Source of the DNA: Candidatus Bathyarchaeota archaeon
GTDB lineage: Archaea; Thermoproteota; Bathyarchaeia; Bathyarchaeales; Bathycorpusculaceae
Assembly: GCA_963833575.1 (NCBI GenBank)
Contig: CAWHXY010000004.1
Span: 480,001-544,000 of the forward strand
Direction of reading: 5' to 3'
DNA: 64,000 bases
The notes beneath the pieces were generated by a model, which was not told the DNA's origin, made no database searches, and saw only the letters and a list, made by a program, of their open reading frames with translations. Below, one piece after another: positions 9,868-19,786 of this stretch. Position 1 is the first letter of the stretch. Each line of letters begins with the position of its first letter. The position numbers were made by a program, and so were the translations under genes.

Positions 9868-10006
9868 CTCTTGCTAGTAAATATTGAGATTAGTGTAATT
9901 TATGAATTGTTCGATTGTTTCCGGTTGATCTTTCTTTTTTTGAAACCGAAAAATCTTTAGCCAATAAATAGATAAAGCTGAAATCGTTTAGTTATATCAG
10001 CAATTT

Positions 10007-11782
10007 TTGAAGGCGCAAATTTTGGCTAGATACAGATGTACAATTTGCAATTATGTTTACGATGAGGTAAAAGAAGGAAAGAAGTTCAGCGAGTTACCTA
10101 AAGAATGGGTATGCCCAGTTTGTGGAGCCCCCAAATCAGTTTTTGTCTTGTTAGCCGAGCAAGCAGAAGAGAAAAAAGTCGAGCACACAGTTTCAGAAAT
10201 TCTCATAAGCCAAATTGCCGAGTGGGGTGTCCAATATGTTTTTGGTATTCCAGGCACTTCAACATTAGGGATTGTGGATGCCATTCGTAAGAGCAACGGC
10301 AAAGTAAAGTATTTGCAGGTACGTCATGAGGAGACTGCTGCGTTTATGGCCTCAGCCTACGGGAAACTTACCGGGCACGTCGCCGCGTGCTTAGGAATTT
10401 CAGGTCCTGGAACTACAAATTTAGCTACTGGCTTGTACGATGCAAAGTTGGATCATTCCCCTGTTCTAGCGTTAACTGGAATGGTGCCTAGACCCTTAAT
10501 GGGTTCAGGTTCAATACAAGAGGTAGATCAATACGCTTTTTTCGAGCCCTTATCCGTTTTCAATAGTGTCTTAATGTCTGAAAGTCAAACGACATCGCTG
10601 GCTACTTTAGCCATTAAACATGCACTTTTAGATCAAGGCGTTGCCCATATTGGAGTTCCCAATGACGTTCAGAAGCTTCCTTATGAAGCGGAGATTCTGC
10701 CGTTCGAAGGAAGAATGCCAAATCTTGCTTATGGACAGGAAGAATGGCTGATTGAAAAAGCAGCAACAGTCATCGACCAAGCGGTCAGACCAGTAATTCT
10801 TGCGGGATTTGGAGCAAGAGGACAAGGGAATAAACTGCTAAAATTGGCAACAAAGCTTTCAGCGCCCATAATCACAACTTTTAGATCAAAAGGCGTCGTC
10901 GACGAGCATGAACCACTGGATGTTGGGTGCCATGGCGGAGTCGGCTCCACTGCTGCAGGACAGCTTATGCAAAAAGCTGATTTGCTAATAGCAATTGGAA
11001 GCTCATTTTCAGATTTATCATTGATTCCGAAGAAGAAAACTGTGCAGATTGATATTAACCCTCTAATGATTGCACGCAGATACCCCGTAGAAGCAGGCTT
11101 ACTTGGTAATAGTGCAATATTGATTCCGAAGTTAACAGGGAAAGTTCAAGAGAAACAGAATCCGGACTATTTAGCCGAGATTGCCAAGTTGAAAGATGCA
11201 TGGCTAAACCAACTTGAAAAAGAAGCCGATCCAAACATGAAGCCGATTAGACCACAATACATCTTCAAAGTTTTAAATGAGAAAATTGCCGAAGACGCCG
11301 TAATTTCGTTAGATGTGGGTGAAAATTGCTGGTGGTTTGGCAGGGACTTCATGATGAAAAAGACCCAGAAGATGGTGATGAGTGGCAGTTTGGCAACTAT
11401 GGGGTTTGGTTTACCTGGAGCTATGGCAGCTGCGTTAGCTTATCCGAACCGCCAAATCATTTGTTTGACGGGTGACGGCGGCTTAACCATGGTTTTAGGC
11501 GACTTTTTAACAGCTTTGAAATATCGATTACCAGTCAAAGTTTTTGTAATTAACAATAAACGGTTAGGAATGATTATGCAAGAACAAAAAGTTGAAGGTT
11601 ACGAAGGCTGGCAAACCGACCTCTACGACTATAATTTCGCTGACTTCGCGGAACACTCAGGAGGAGTAGGCATTAAAGTTACTGAACCAAACGAGCTATC
11701 TGCAGCAGTTGACAAAGCGCTCGCAACCAACAAGCCAACGATCGTTGATATTGACACTGACCCCAGAAGATTTCTAACATAG
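10007..11782 (+). CDS. rubredoxin domain fused to pyruvate oxidase-like ThDP enzyme
   Basis: YRCTICNYVYD..LP..WVCPVCGA rubredoxin; VRHEETAAFMA, SGPG, GDGG..NN ThDP motif. Confidence 0.85.
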   Translation: MKAQILARYRCTICNYVYDEVKEGKKFSELPKEWVCPVCGAPKSVFVLLAEQAEEKKVEHTVSEILISQIAEWGVQYVFGIPGTSTLGIVDAIRKSNGKVKYLQVRHEETAAFMASAYGKLTGHVAACLGISGPGTTNLATGLYDAKLDHSPVLALTGMVPRPLMGSGSIQEVDQYAFFEPLSVFNSVLMSESQTTSLATLAIKHALLDQGVAHIGVPNDVQKLPYEAEILPFEGRMPNLAYGQEEWLIEKAATVIDQAVRPVILAGFGARGQGNKLLKLATKLSAPIITTFRSKGVVDEHEPLDVGCHGGVGSTAAGQLMQKADLLIAIGSSFSDLSLIPKKKTVQIDINPLMIARRYPVEAGLLGNSAILIPKLTGKVQEKQNPDYLAEIAKLKDAWLNQLEKEADPNMKPIRPQYIFKVLNEKIAEDAVISLDVGENCWWFGRDFMMKKTQKMVMSGSLATMGFGLPGAMAAALAYPNRQIICLTGDGGLTMVLGDFLTALKYRLPVKVFVINNKRLGMIMQEQKVEGYEGWQTDLYDYNFADFAEHSGGVGIKVTEPNELSAAVDKALATNKPTIVDIDTDPRRFLT

Positions 11783-11791
11783 GTGAATTTT

Positions 11792-12208
11792 ATGTCAACG
11801 CATCCGGGAACAACATTCGCTTTCGTCATGTCATTGATTGGAGGCGTAATTATATTTGTAGCCAGCACAGTGAACCTTGTGTGGTTTCTTTCAGGCGCCC
11901 AAAACTTTGGCGGATTCGGAAATTATATGCGAGGATTCATGGATGGAAACCATAATTTCATGGGCAACTATGCAAGCTCCAATAGTTTTCTAGCAGGGAT
12001 TTCAGTAATTGCATTGGTTTGTGGGGTCATCGTTTTAATTGGTGCCTTAATGCTAAGAGTTCAACCTCGAAATCATACAATTTGGGCCATAATCATCGTT
12101 GTTTTTTCAGTCATTAGCTTTGTCGGAATGGGAGGCTACTTCATAGGTGCCATACTGAGTTTGATCGGCGGAGTGTTCGAGTTAAGCATCAGACAAATAC
12201 ATCAATAA
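11792..12208 (+). CDS. membrane protein
   Basis: Four hydrophobic helices, GGYFIGAILSLIGG; ATG after AGGTGA. Confidence 0.7.
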   Translation: MSTHPGTTFAFVMSLIGGVIIFVASTVNLVWFLSGAQNFGGFGNYMRGFMDGNHNFMGNYASSNSFLAGISVIALVCGVIVLIGALMLRVQPRNHTIWAIIIVVFSVISFVGMGGYFIGAILSLIGGVFELSIRQIHQ

Positions 12209-12318
12209 CACACTCAGTGATTGTTCTGTAATTTTTTGTTTTTTTATAATATCCTCAGGAGTTAGAACGCGATTTATCGATTTATCAAGAGCTTTTGAAT
12301 TTAGTGTTAATTGTGAAA

Positions 12319-12470
12319 GGAGAACAACAACAGTTGGTGGGTGCACCGGATTTTGTTCTTCTCTTGGTAGAAGGAGGAGGACAATCACAGGGTGCACCGC
12401 GCCTTCTTCTTCTCGGGATTTGTCGAGAAAGAAGAAGAAACTTCGCAGGGGCACACTTTTTCTTCTACCC
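12319..12470 (+). repeat. three tandem stem-loops with conserved GGG(T)GCAC loop motif
   Basis: AGAA(G/C)-rich arm, GGGTGCACC or GGGGCAC, TTCTTCT arm; GCAC at 12343, 12394 and 12451. Confidence 0.7.
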
Positions 12471-12681
12471 GTTTGGAGTTGTTCAAAGAGTTTCCGAGAA
12501 TTGAAGGTGCTAACTTAGATTTTTGGCATTAGACGAGTCAAATGCAGACCCGTTTCAAAATAGATTTTGAATTTAAAGCTAACCCGATAAACCCGAAATT
12601 GCTTTTTACCTAAGTAATTTCGATAAACAAAAACTAGTTGGCGCGTTACTCAAATGAACTGAAGCAAACAATTTGTTTTAG

Positions 12682-12757
12682 TAGCGGGGAGTAGATTTGA
12701 ACTACTGATCTCTGGGTTATGAGCCCAGCGGGTTAATCCTGGCTACCCCACCCCGCT
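12682..12757 (-). tRNA. tRNA-Met(CAT), initiator type
   Basis: AGCGGGG...CTGGG-CT-CAT-AA-CCCAG...GTTCAAATC...CCCCGCT-A; A1-U72 pair and three G-C pairs in the anticodon stem; CCA not encoded. Confidence 0.95.
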
Positions 12758-13267
12758 TCAAACATGCTGCAATTTTTTTGTAGCAACCTATTACGTGATT
12801 CGTCAAATATTAATAGTTTCTTTTTACCAACGATTCTGACAGATCTAAAGTGGTAGGTATTCTAGAAGAAGAGTCGCAATTGGTTCCACGTTGGTGCGGT
12901 TGGAAAAGTTTTTCAGAGCTAAATTGAACCAAGTAGTTCAAAATAGTCGTTATTTTTGTCCTAAGAGCACCTCGAAGAGGGCTTAGAATCGGTAAAGCTA
13001 AGTGGAGAGGGCTTGAAGCGTTTTGTAATTTTGAACTATTCTTCCATGAAACTTGTGAAAGGTTGAATTCAAACAACATCTAGTATCGTAGAAAGTATCA
13101 TAGAATTGTCGGTTGGAATGAGAAAAGCTTTAGCGGGGAGTTAAAAAGACAGAAAAATGATTTTGCAAGAGTCTTCTTCCAAAATACACAGTCTCTTCGG
13201 TTTACAGGAATCGGGCAAAACCTTTTAGTGACGCCTTTTATTGTATGGGTTGCATTGGTGTTTGCTG

Positions 13268-13936
13268 ATGGATAAGCCATATTTGCGTAAGCTTTCGGAG
13301 CCGACGCTTGAGAACCCAATTTTTGTTCAGGGGTTACCTGGTTTTGGAAATGTCGGCAGGATCGCGGCACATCTGCTTATAAAATTTTTTGATGCTAAAC
13401 CTTTTGCGGAATTATATTCTCCTTCTTTTCCAGATTACATTGGGGTAAGTTCCAAAGGCATTTGTGACTTACCGAAATACGAGTTTTTTTATGCGCCTAT
13501 GGAGAAAAATAATTTAGTTATAATGACTGGTGAAATTCAGCCTTCATTTGACGATGTTGTTGCTCACTATGTTGTTTGTGAAGAAGTAGTAGATTTTGCT
13601 GCATCGTTAGGATGTCGTTTTATCGTAACTATGGGTGGCATACCCATTACTGAAGATAAAGCGCAGGTCTATGTTGCAGCTACTTCGCCAAGGTTAGCGA
13701 CTGAATTTATGGAAAAAGGCGCGGTTATCTACAGTAAAGGCAGAATTGTCGGTGGAACTGGTCTTACGTTAGCGATGGCGAAAGAGAGAAAACTAGAGGG
13801 GGTTAGCTTACTTGGAACCACAACAGGTTTCAAAGCTGACCGTGAAGCTGGATTTCTAGTTTTTAAGTTCTTGATGAAGTCTTTGGGAAAAGAGATAAAA
13901 GAAGGATTAGGAGAAAACATTGCATCAGAAGAGTAA
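13268..13936 (+). CDS. PAC2-family proteasome assembly chaperone
   Basis: LENPIFVQGLPGFGNVGRIAA, ELYSPSFP, IVTMGG; start set to internal ATG. Confidence 0.85.
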   Translation: MDKPYLRKLSEPTLENPIFVQGLPGFGNVGRIAAHLLIKFFDAKPFAELYSPSFPDYIGVSSKGICDLPKYEFFYAPMEKNNLVIMTGEIQPSFDDVVAHYVVCEEVVDFAASLGCRFIVTMGGIPITEDKAQVYVAATSPRLATEFMEKGAVIYSKGRIVGGTGLTLAMAKERKLEGVSLLGTTTGFKADREAGFLVFKFLMKSLGKEIKEGLGENIASEE

Positions 13937-13953
13937 GTTAAGGTGGGGTTAAA

Positions 13954-14184
13954 GTGACTGAAACAGAAGAAAACTTGAATGTTGGCACATATTCAAAATT
14001 TACGAAAATAACATTCACAATTGTATCTATGCTTCTAATTTTTGCAGGTCCAACATACGTTCCATATGCAATGGAAAAGGTTAACGTAAACGGGTTTGTA
14101 ACAGCCGGCGTCGGTGCCTTATTGTTCATCGTAGGGTTAGTATTCATGCTGTACCTTGTTAAAAAGAAGATAATAACAGCATAA
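13954..14184 (+). CDS. small two-TM membrane protein
   Basis: Two hydrophobic helices around FAGPTY; GGTGG SD. Confidence 0.7.
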   Translation: MTETEENLNVGTYSKFTKITFTIVSMLLIFAGPTYVPYAMEKVNVNGFVTAGVGALLFIVGLVFMLYLVKKKIITA

Positions 14185-14185
14185 G

Positions 14186-14245
14186 TTTGCCTCAGATACC
14201 CCAGGGTGCATCATCAATCAGCAGTTTAGATTCTTCATCGGCAAC
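14186..14245 (-). ncRNA. C/D-box guide sRNA
   Basis: Minus strand TTGCC-G-ATGAAGA(C)-ATCTAAACTG-CTGA(D')-T-TGATGA(C')-TGCACCCTGGGGTAT-CTGA(D)-GGCAA with terminal stem. Confidence 0.8.
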
Positions 14246-14363
14246 GCTCTATAAACAAAAGCTGTTTTATTAACCATTCTTACAACTTTTAAATGAACCT
14301 TGAGTCTAAATAAATTTCCAAAATACATAAGGCATATTAAATATTAACTTAGCAATACCATCT

Positions 14364-14951
14364 ATGCAGAATCGAAGCCGCATAACCCCTGATTATCCAA
14401 AACAGAAAAGTGAAGAAGCAAAAAGAACAACAATAATTCTTGAAAAAAGCGAAAGAGAATTCATCGAAACATTAATCAAAGATGGAAAAGAACCAGGAAT
14501 CAAACCGCTCATCTCCAAAATGCTCGAAATGTACAAAAGCATGATGGTTTATGACTGGCATTTCCCAGGCGAATACTATTGCGGAATAAGCCGAATAGCT
14601 CTTGTTAACGTTGAATTATTTAACATATTAACTCAGCAAATTCCAAAGGAAAACTGGCACGAATGCGGCAAAAAAATGGGAGAAGCCCTAAAAGTTTCTA
14701 TCCAATCAACGCTCGGAATTGAAGCAAGCGAACAGGCAAATTGGGAAAAAGTTTTTGAACGATTGAAAGTTCAAGGATTCGGAGATTTCTATTTGAAAGA
14801 TAAGTTTTTGCTCTTGAAAACTCCGTTCATAAACGATTGTGAAATCTGGAAAGGCGTAATGGAAGGGCTACTGAGTATAGAATTGGAAACCCGAAATTCG
14901 ATGCCGCCGTTAGTTTTTGAGATTAAAAAGCGAAAACAGCCCTCAATTTAG
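14364..14951 (+). CDS. hypothetical regulator (RHH-like N-terminus, V4R-like C-terminus)
   Basis: KRTTIILEKSEREFIE strand-helix pattern; G..MGE and GFG motifs; fold assignment is inference. Confidence 0.55.
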   Translation: MQNRSRITPDYPKQKSEEAKRTTIILEKSEREFIETLIKDGKEPGIKPLISKMLEMYKSMMVYDWHFPGEYYCGISRIALVNVELFNILTQQIPKENWHECGKKMGEALKVSIQSTLGIEASEQANWEKVFERLKVQGFGDFYLKDKFLLLKTPFINDCEIWKGVMEGLLSIELETRNSMPPLVFEIKKRKQPSI

Positions 14952-15200
14952 CGTCTTTTTAGCATTCGACAGTTAAATATTAGAGAACAGATTTATTAGG
15001 AAGACAGTTATTCAGGTGCTTCCAGTGGTATATGATGAGGGATTGTGTTCATACAAGGCGATTGCATTCATTAGATGCAAGCCAAACGGTTCAAGCGTAA
15101 AACCGAAAAATGATTTGTTATTAGTCACATCTCCTCGAAGTACCGTTTTAGCAAAACAGAAAAACCTTATAGGTTTCTCTAAAAATTTAGGTGAAAAATT

Positions 15201-16199
15201 ATGGATAAATTGAAATTTGCCATCCCAAAAGGCTCCCTAGAAAAAGCAACAGCAGAATTCTTCTCTAAATCAGGATTCAAAATCGGCGGTACAGAACGAA
15301 CATACCGCCCAAGCATAAACGACCCTCAAATAGAACTTAAGGTTCTCAGACCCCAAGAAATCCCAGTGTTTGTAAGCGAAGGTTTACAGGACCTAGGCAT
15401 CACTGGCGAGGACTGGGTAAAAGAAAACCGTGCAGACGTTGAGATCCTACAGAACCTTGAATACGGCAAAATACGCCTAGTAATTGCAGTGCCGAAAACC
15501 TGTGAAAACATGACTATGGGTGAGTTCATGGAATCCATCTGGGCTCATGGTAAAAACTTCCGCATCAGCACAGAGTACCTTAACATAGCATCAGAATACA
15601 TCAAAAACACGTCCCAATACAAGAAACGCTTCGGCAGCGCTGAACCAATGCTTGTGACACCGTGGTGGAGAAAAGGTGACAATGCAAGAGCCAAAGTCTT
15701 CCTGTCTTTTGGCGCAACTGAGGCTAAACCGCCGGAAGATTCCGATGCCATAATGGATGTAACCGAGACGGGAACAACAATTGAAGCCAACAACCTCAAA
15801 ATTGTGGACACAGTCTTGAGGTCAGCTGCCATACTTATTGCAAACAAAAAAGCTCTTGAAGACCCGGAGAAAAGAGAAAAAATATACGACATAGTTGCCC
15901 TGCTAAAAGGTGTTGTTGATGGGTCTAAGAGAATTCACATATTCGTTAATGTAAAGAAGGCTAATCTACAGAAGCTTCTGACTGAATTGCCAGCCCTGAA
16001 GAACCCAACGATATCGCCGTTGGCAGATGACACATGGGTTAGCGTGAACACGGTTATTGAGAAAGATTGTCTGATTGAGTTGTTACCGAAAATCCGCAAG
16101 ATAGCCCAAGGCCTAGTCGTTTATGAACCTCGTCAAGTGTTAGCTTTGGATGAGATTGCTACAAGAGTGGAGAAGTCGTGCAAAGGCAAAGCCAAATAA
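15201..16199 (+). CDS. hisG: ATP phosphoribosyltransferase, long form
   Basis: AIPKGSL, RPQEIP, DLGITG.D, GATE, DVTETGTT; C-terminal regulatory domain. Confidence 0.95.
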   Translation: MDKLKFAIPKGSLEKATAEFFSKSGFKIGGTERTYRPSINDPQIELKVLRPQEIPVFVSEGLQDLGITGEDWVKENRADVEILQNLEYGKIRLVIAVPKTCENMTMGEFMESIWAHGKNFRISTEYLNIASEYIKNTSQYKKRFGSAEPMLVTPWWRKGDNARAKVFLSFGATEAKPPEDSDAIMDVTETGTTIEANNLKIVDTVLRSAAILIANKKALEDPEKREKIYDIVALLKGVVDGSKRIHIFVNVKKANLQKLLTELPALKNPTISPLADDTWVSVNTVIEKDCLIELLPKIRKIAQGLVVYEPRQVLALDEIATRVEKSCKGKAK

Positions 16200-17479
16200 A
16201 AGTCTACAAATCAGATGCTCTGCCGCCTGACTGGTTCAAACGGCAGAAAGCAGACGAAAAGGCAGTTCAAGAAGTTGAAAACAACGTTAAAGCCATCATT
16301 AAGCAAGTTAAAGAAAACGGCGATAATGCGCTGGTCGAGTTTGCCCTAAAATTTGATAAAACCGAATTAACCACACGAACCCTCAAAGTCAGGAAAGAAG
16401 AAATCAAGGAAGCCTACAACAAAACCAGCCCTGAACAAGTTTCGGCTTTGAAGTCAATGAAAGAGAAAGTTAGTGTCTTCCAAAAGCAGCAACTTACTCA
16501 AACCGAAGTCATAACCATGAGCGAGGGCGTAACGGTTCAAACTATTCTGCGGGCAATAGACAGCGTGGGCTGCTACGTTCCAGGTGGACAAGCCGCTTAC
16601 CCAAGCACCATAGTTATGACGGCTGTGCCAGCAAAAATCGCAGGCGTCCCTCGAGTTGCCGTTTGTTCACCCTCGGATGCTAAAGGTAAAGTTAACCCGT
16701 TGGTTCTCGTAGCCGCTGACATCTGCGGTGTTGATGAGGTTTACAAGGTGGGTGGAGCCCAAGCCATAGCTGCCCTAGCATATGGAACAAAAAGCATAAA
16801 ACCCGTATGCAAAATTGTGGGTCCCGGCAGCAAATACGTGACAACGGCAAAAGTTTTGGTTTCAAAGGATGTAGCGATCGATATGCCTGCTGGCCCTAGC
16901 GAAGTTCTCGTTTTAGCTGATGAATCAGCTGATGCACGCCTGATAGCTTATGACATGGTTTCACAAGCTGAGCATGGAGGCGACAGCGTATCTGGAGTCA
17001 TAACAACCTCAGAGAACGTTGCCCAAAAAGTTCAAGAAAACCTCACATCGATCACCGCTTCAGCAGAAAGGGGAGAAAAAGTCTCTGAATCACTATCCAA
17101 ATACGGCTTCATAATAGTTTGCAAAAGCATCGATGAAGCGATAAGCTTGGCAAACCAGTTTTCTCCTGAACACTTAGAAGTCATGACTACGAATCCCAAG
17201 GAGATTGCACAGAAACTAACCGCTGGCTTAATCCTGTTGGGTCCATACAGTCCCGTTGCGCTAAGCGATTACGGCAGCGGCACGAACCACGTGTTACCTA
17301 CAGGCGGCTTTGCCCAGTCTTTCTCAGGCTTATCCGTGTTTGACTTTATGCGGCGAGTAAGCATCGTGGAAAGCACAAGAACAGGGTTGGCAAACGTGAA
17401 GGACACAATCAAAGTCCTATCGGAAGCAGAAAACCTTCCAAATCACAACAAAGCTATACAGGCAAGGTTTGAAAAATGA
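16178..17479 (+). CDS. hisD: histidinol dehydrogenase
   Basis: GCYVPGG.AAYPS, GGAQAIAALAYGT, IDMPAGPSE, SQAEH, PEHLE, GTNHVLPT. Confidence 0.95.
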   Translation: MQRQSQIKVYKSDALPPDWFKRQKADEKAVQEVENNVKAIIKQVKENGDNALVEFALKFDKTELTTRTLKVRKEEIKEAYNKTSPEQVSALKSMKEKVSVFQKQQLTQTEVITMSEGVTVQTILRAIDSVGCYVPGGQAAYPSTIVMTAVPAKIAGVPRVAVCSPSDAKGKVNPLVLVAADICGVDEVYKVGGAQAIAALAYGTKSIKPVCKIVGPGSKYVTTAKVLVSKDVAIDMPAGPSEVLVLADESADARLIAYDMVSQAEHGGDSVSGVITTSENVAQKVQENLTSITASAERGEKVSESLSKYGFIIVCKSIDEAISLANQFSPEHLEVMTTNPKEIAQKLTAGLILLGPYSPVALSDYGSGTNHVLPTGGFAQSFSGLSVFDFMRRVSIVESTRTGLANVKDTIKVLSEAENLPNHNKAIQARFEK

Positions 17480-18594
17480 GCGCAACATACAAAAAATGGC
17501 TAAACAATAAACTCGTGAAGCTTCAGGCAATAGCTTGCTACACTGCAGGTGCTTCACCTGAAACAGTGGCAAAGCAACTAGGCATCACTACCAAGCAAGT
17601 AGTTAAGCTAAATTTCAACGAAAACTTGTTCTTGCCAAGAGTGAAACAGGCCAAACTGATTAAGGAGTTGGCTGAAGAGATTGATCTGCGACTATACCCT
17701 GAAGATGAAGACATTAAGCTACGGGAGAAGCTTAGCACCTACGTTGGAACGCCTAAAGGCAACATAGTTATTGGAAACGGTAGCGACGAGTTAATTGACC
17801 GAATCGTAAGGCTATTCGTAGAAAAAGGCGAAATTGCCCTTTCATTTTCTCCAACTTTTGCTATACCTCCGCTCTGTGTTAAAAGACAAGAGGGCGAATA
17901 CGTTACCGTACCTCTTCTAAGCAGCCTACAAATTGATGTAAAAGGGCTGCTCTCAAAGTTTTCAGATAAGACAAGGCTGCTCTACATTTGCTCCCCAAAC
18001 AACCCCACTTCAACACAATATAAGATGAAAGATGTTGAAACCTTAGCCAAAGCTTTTCCAGGAATAGTCATCTTGGACGAAGCCTACGGCGAATTTGCAG
18101 ACTACTCATTTGTGCCCCGAATCGATGAATTCCAAAACATGATTATTTTGAGAACCTTCTCGAAAGCGTTCGGTTTAGCAGCTCTTAGACTAGGTTATGC
18201 GGTTGCGAATTCTAAGTTAGCGAAGATTCTGACGGAAAAGGCTCCTTTGCCCTATCCAGTAAGTGCGTTCACCTTGAGAATGGGTTCTAAAATGCTGGAC
18301 CACGTTAGCTTGATGATGGAGTCGGTTAAGCAAGTGAAAAGTGAACGGGGAAAATTGATAAAGACACTGAACGAAATAGATGGCGTGCAAGCTTTTGATT
18401 CACAAGCCAACTTTCTGCTGATTAACACGGAAAAACCCGCTGACGAAGTTAACGAGAAACTGCTCAAACGAGGCATTATGATAAAGAAATGGGGCAAAAT
18501 CCTCCAGTTCAATAACTGCTTCCGAGTAACGGTGGGCTTGCCAGAAATGAATGCTAAACTAATTGAAGCATTAAAACAAATTCAAGAGGAATAA
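17476..18594 (+). CDS. hisC: histidinol-phosphate aminotransferase
   Basis: GNGSDELI, CSPNNPT, DEAYGEF, RTFSKAFGLAALRLGY. Confidence 0.95.
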   Translation: MSATYKKWLNNKLVKLQAIACYTAGASPETVAKQLGITTKQVVKLNFNENLFLPRVKQAKLIKELAEEIDLRLYPEDEDIKLREKLSTYVGTPKGNIVIGNGSDELIDRIVRLFVEKGEIALSFSPTFAIPPLCVKRQEGEYVTVPLLSSLQIDVKGLLSKFSDKTRLLYICSPNNPTSTQYKMKDVETLAKAFPGIVILDEAYGEFADYSFVPRIDEFQNMIILRTFSKAFGLAALRLGYAVANSKLAKILTEKAPLPYPVSAFTLRMGSKMLDHVSLMMESVKQVKSERGKLIKTLNEIDGVQAFDSQANFLLINTEKPADEVNEKLLKRGIMIKKWGKILQFNNCFRVTVGLPEMNAKLIEALKQIQEE

Positions 18595-18597
18595 AAC

Positions 18598-19173
18598 GTG
18601 AGAACTGAAGAAATTTACCGTAAAACCAAAGAAACCGAAGTCAAAGTGCAAGTGAACCTTGACGGAGAAGGAAAAGCCATCATAGCCACTGGCGTGCCTT
18701 TCCTTGACCACATGCTTACATCCTTAGCCACACACAGCTTAATCGACATCTCAGCCTCGGTCAAAGGCGATTTAGTACACCATATGGTAGAAGACTTAGC
18801 CATAGGCTTAGGCGAAGCATTAACCAAGGCATTGGGCACCCGAGAAGGCATCACACGCTTTGGCAACGCAGCCGCCCCAATGGATTGCTCCCTAGCATTT
18901 GCAGCCGTCGACCTAGTCAAACGCCCTTACTTCAAAATAGACCTAAAACTCAGAGGCAAAAAAGTGGAGAACATGCCAACCGAAGACATCAACCACTTCT
19001 TCGAATCCTTAGCCACATCACTACATGCAAACGTACACATATTCGTCGAATACGGCAGCAACGACCACCACAAAGCAGAAGCAGCAACTAAAGCCCTCGC
19101 GTTATCGCTACGACAAGCCATAGCCGTTGACCCCAGACGCAAAGGGATTCCCAGCTCAAAAGGAGTTATCTAA
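18598..19173 (+). CDS. hisB: imidazoleglycerol-phosphate dehydratase
   Basis: RKTKET, FLDHML, HHMVED, NDHHKAEA, PSSKG. Confidence 0.95.
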   Translation: MRTEEIYRKTKETEVKVQVNLDGEGKAIIATGVPFLDHMLTSLATHSLIDISASVKGDLVHHMVEDLAIGLGEALTKALGTREGITRFGNAAAPMDCSLAFAAVDLVKRPYFKIDLKLRGKKVENMPTEDINHFFESLATSLHANVHIFVEYGSNDHHKAEAATKALALSLRQAIAVDPRRKGIPSSKGVI

Positions 19174-19175
19174 AG

Positions 19176-19781
19176 TTGGCGAAGGCAGTCATTTTCGATT
19201 ATGGCGTTGGCAACTTGCTAAGCCTAAAAACCGCATTAGAAAAGGCAGGCTTAGACGCATCAATCGGCACTTCAGCAAAAGAACTCGCGACCGCTGACGC
19301 AATAGCTTTACCCGGTGTCGGAGCTTTTACCCCAGCGGCTGAAAAACTGGAATCAATCAAAGACACGCTCGCTAATAAAATTCAAAGCGGAACGCCATTG
19401 CTTGGGATTTGCTTGGGCTTACAGCTTTTCTTTGAGAAAAGCGAAGAGGGACCTGGAAATGGCTTATCACTTTTCAAAGGCAAAAACGTACGTTTACCAA
19501 ACATTGTTAAGGTGCCTCATATGGGATGGAACACATTAAACATCGTTAAAAAAAACGAGCTCTTTGACGGCGTAAAAGAGGGCTCCTACGTTTACTTTGT
19601 TCATTCGCTCTATCCAGTTCCGGTTGACGAAAAAATCGTTTGCGCCAAGACTGAGTATGGCACAACATTCACTTCAGCGATAGCCAGCAAAAACATCTAC
19701 GGAACCCAATTTCACCCAGAAAAATCAGGCGACTTAGGCTTAAAAATCCTCAAAAACTTCGCCAAAGCAGTGGTAAGGTGA
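19176..19781 (+). CDS. hisH: IGP synthase glutaminase subunit
   Basis: LPGVG, GICLG, VPHMGWN, YFVHS, QFHPEKS. Confidence 0.95.
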   Translation: MAKAVIFDYGVGNLLSLKTALEKAGLDASIGTSAKELATADAIALPGVGAFTPAAEKLESIKDTLANKIQSGTPLLGICLGLQLFFEKSEEGPGNGLSLFKGKNVRLPNIVKVPHMGWNTLNIVKKNELFDGVKEGSYVYFVHSLYPVPVDEKIVCAKTEYGTTFTSAIASKNIYGTQFHPEKSGDLGLKILKNFAKAVVR

Positions 19782-19786
19782 CTTAG

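Noticed and set aside
12810-13079. 89-aa ORF between the tRNA and the PAC2 gene
   Set aside because: No recognisable motif or SD, and atypical composition
13131-13141. TAGCGGGGAGT matching the tRNA-iMet 3' end (possible att site)
   Set aside because: Only 11 bp, located upstream rather than downstream of the tRNA, and no integrase nearby
14202-14210. C/D guide complementary to the CAGGGTGCA hairpin loop at about 12388-12396
   Set aside because: A 9-nt match that does not cover the D+5 methylation position; likely chance
15016-15213. Possible his leader peptide or attenuator
   Set aside because: No His-codon run and no convincing terminator/antiterminator; the lone ATGATGA lacks matching D boxes
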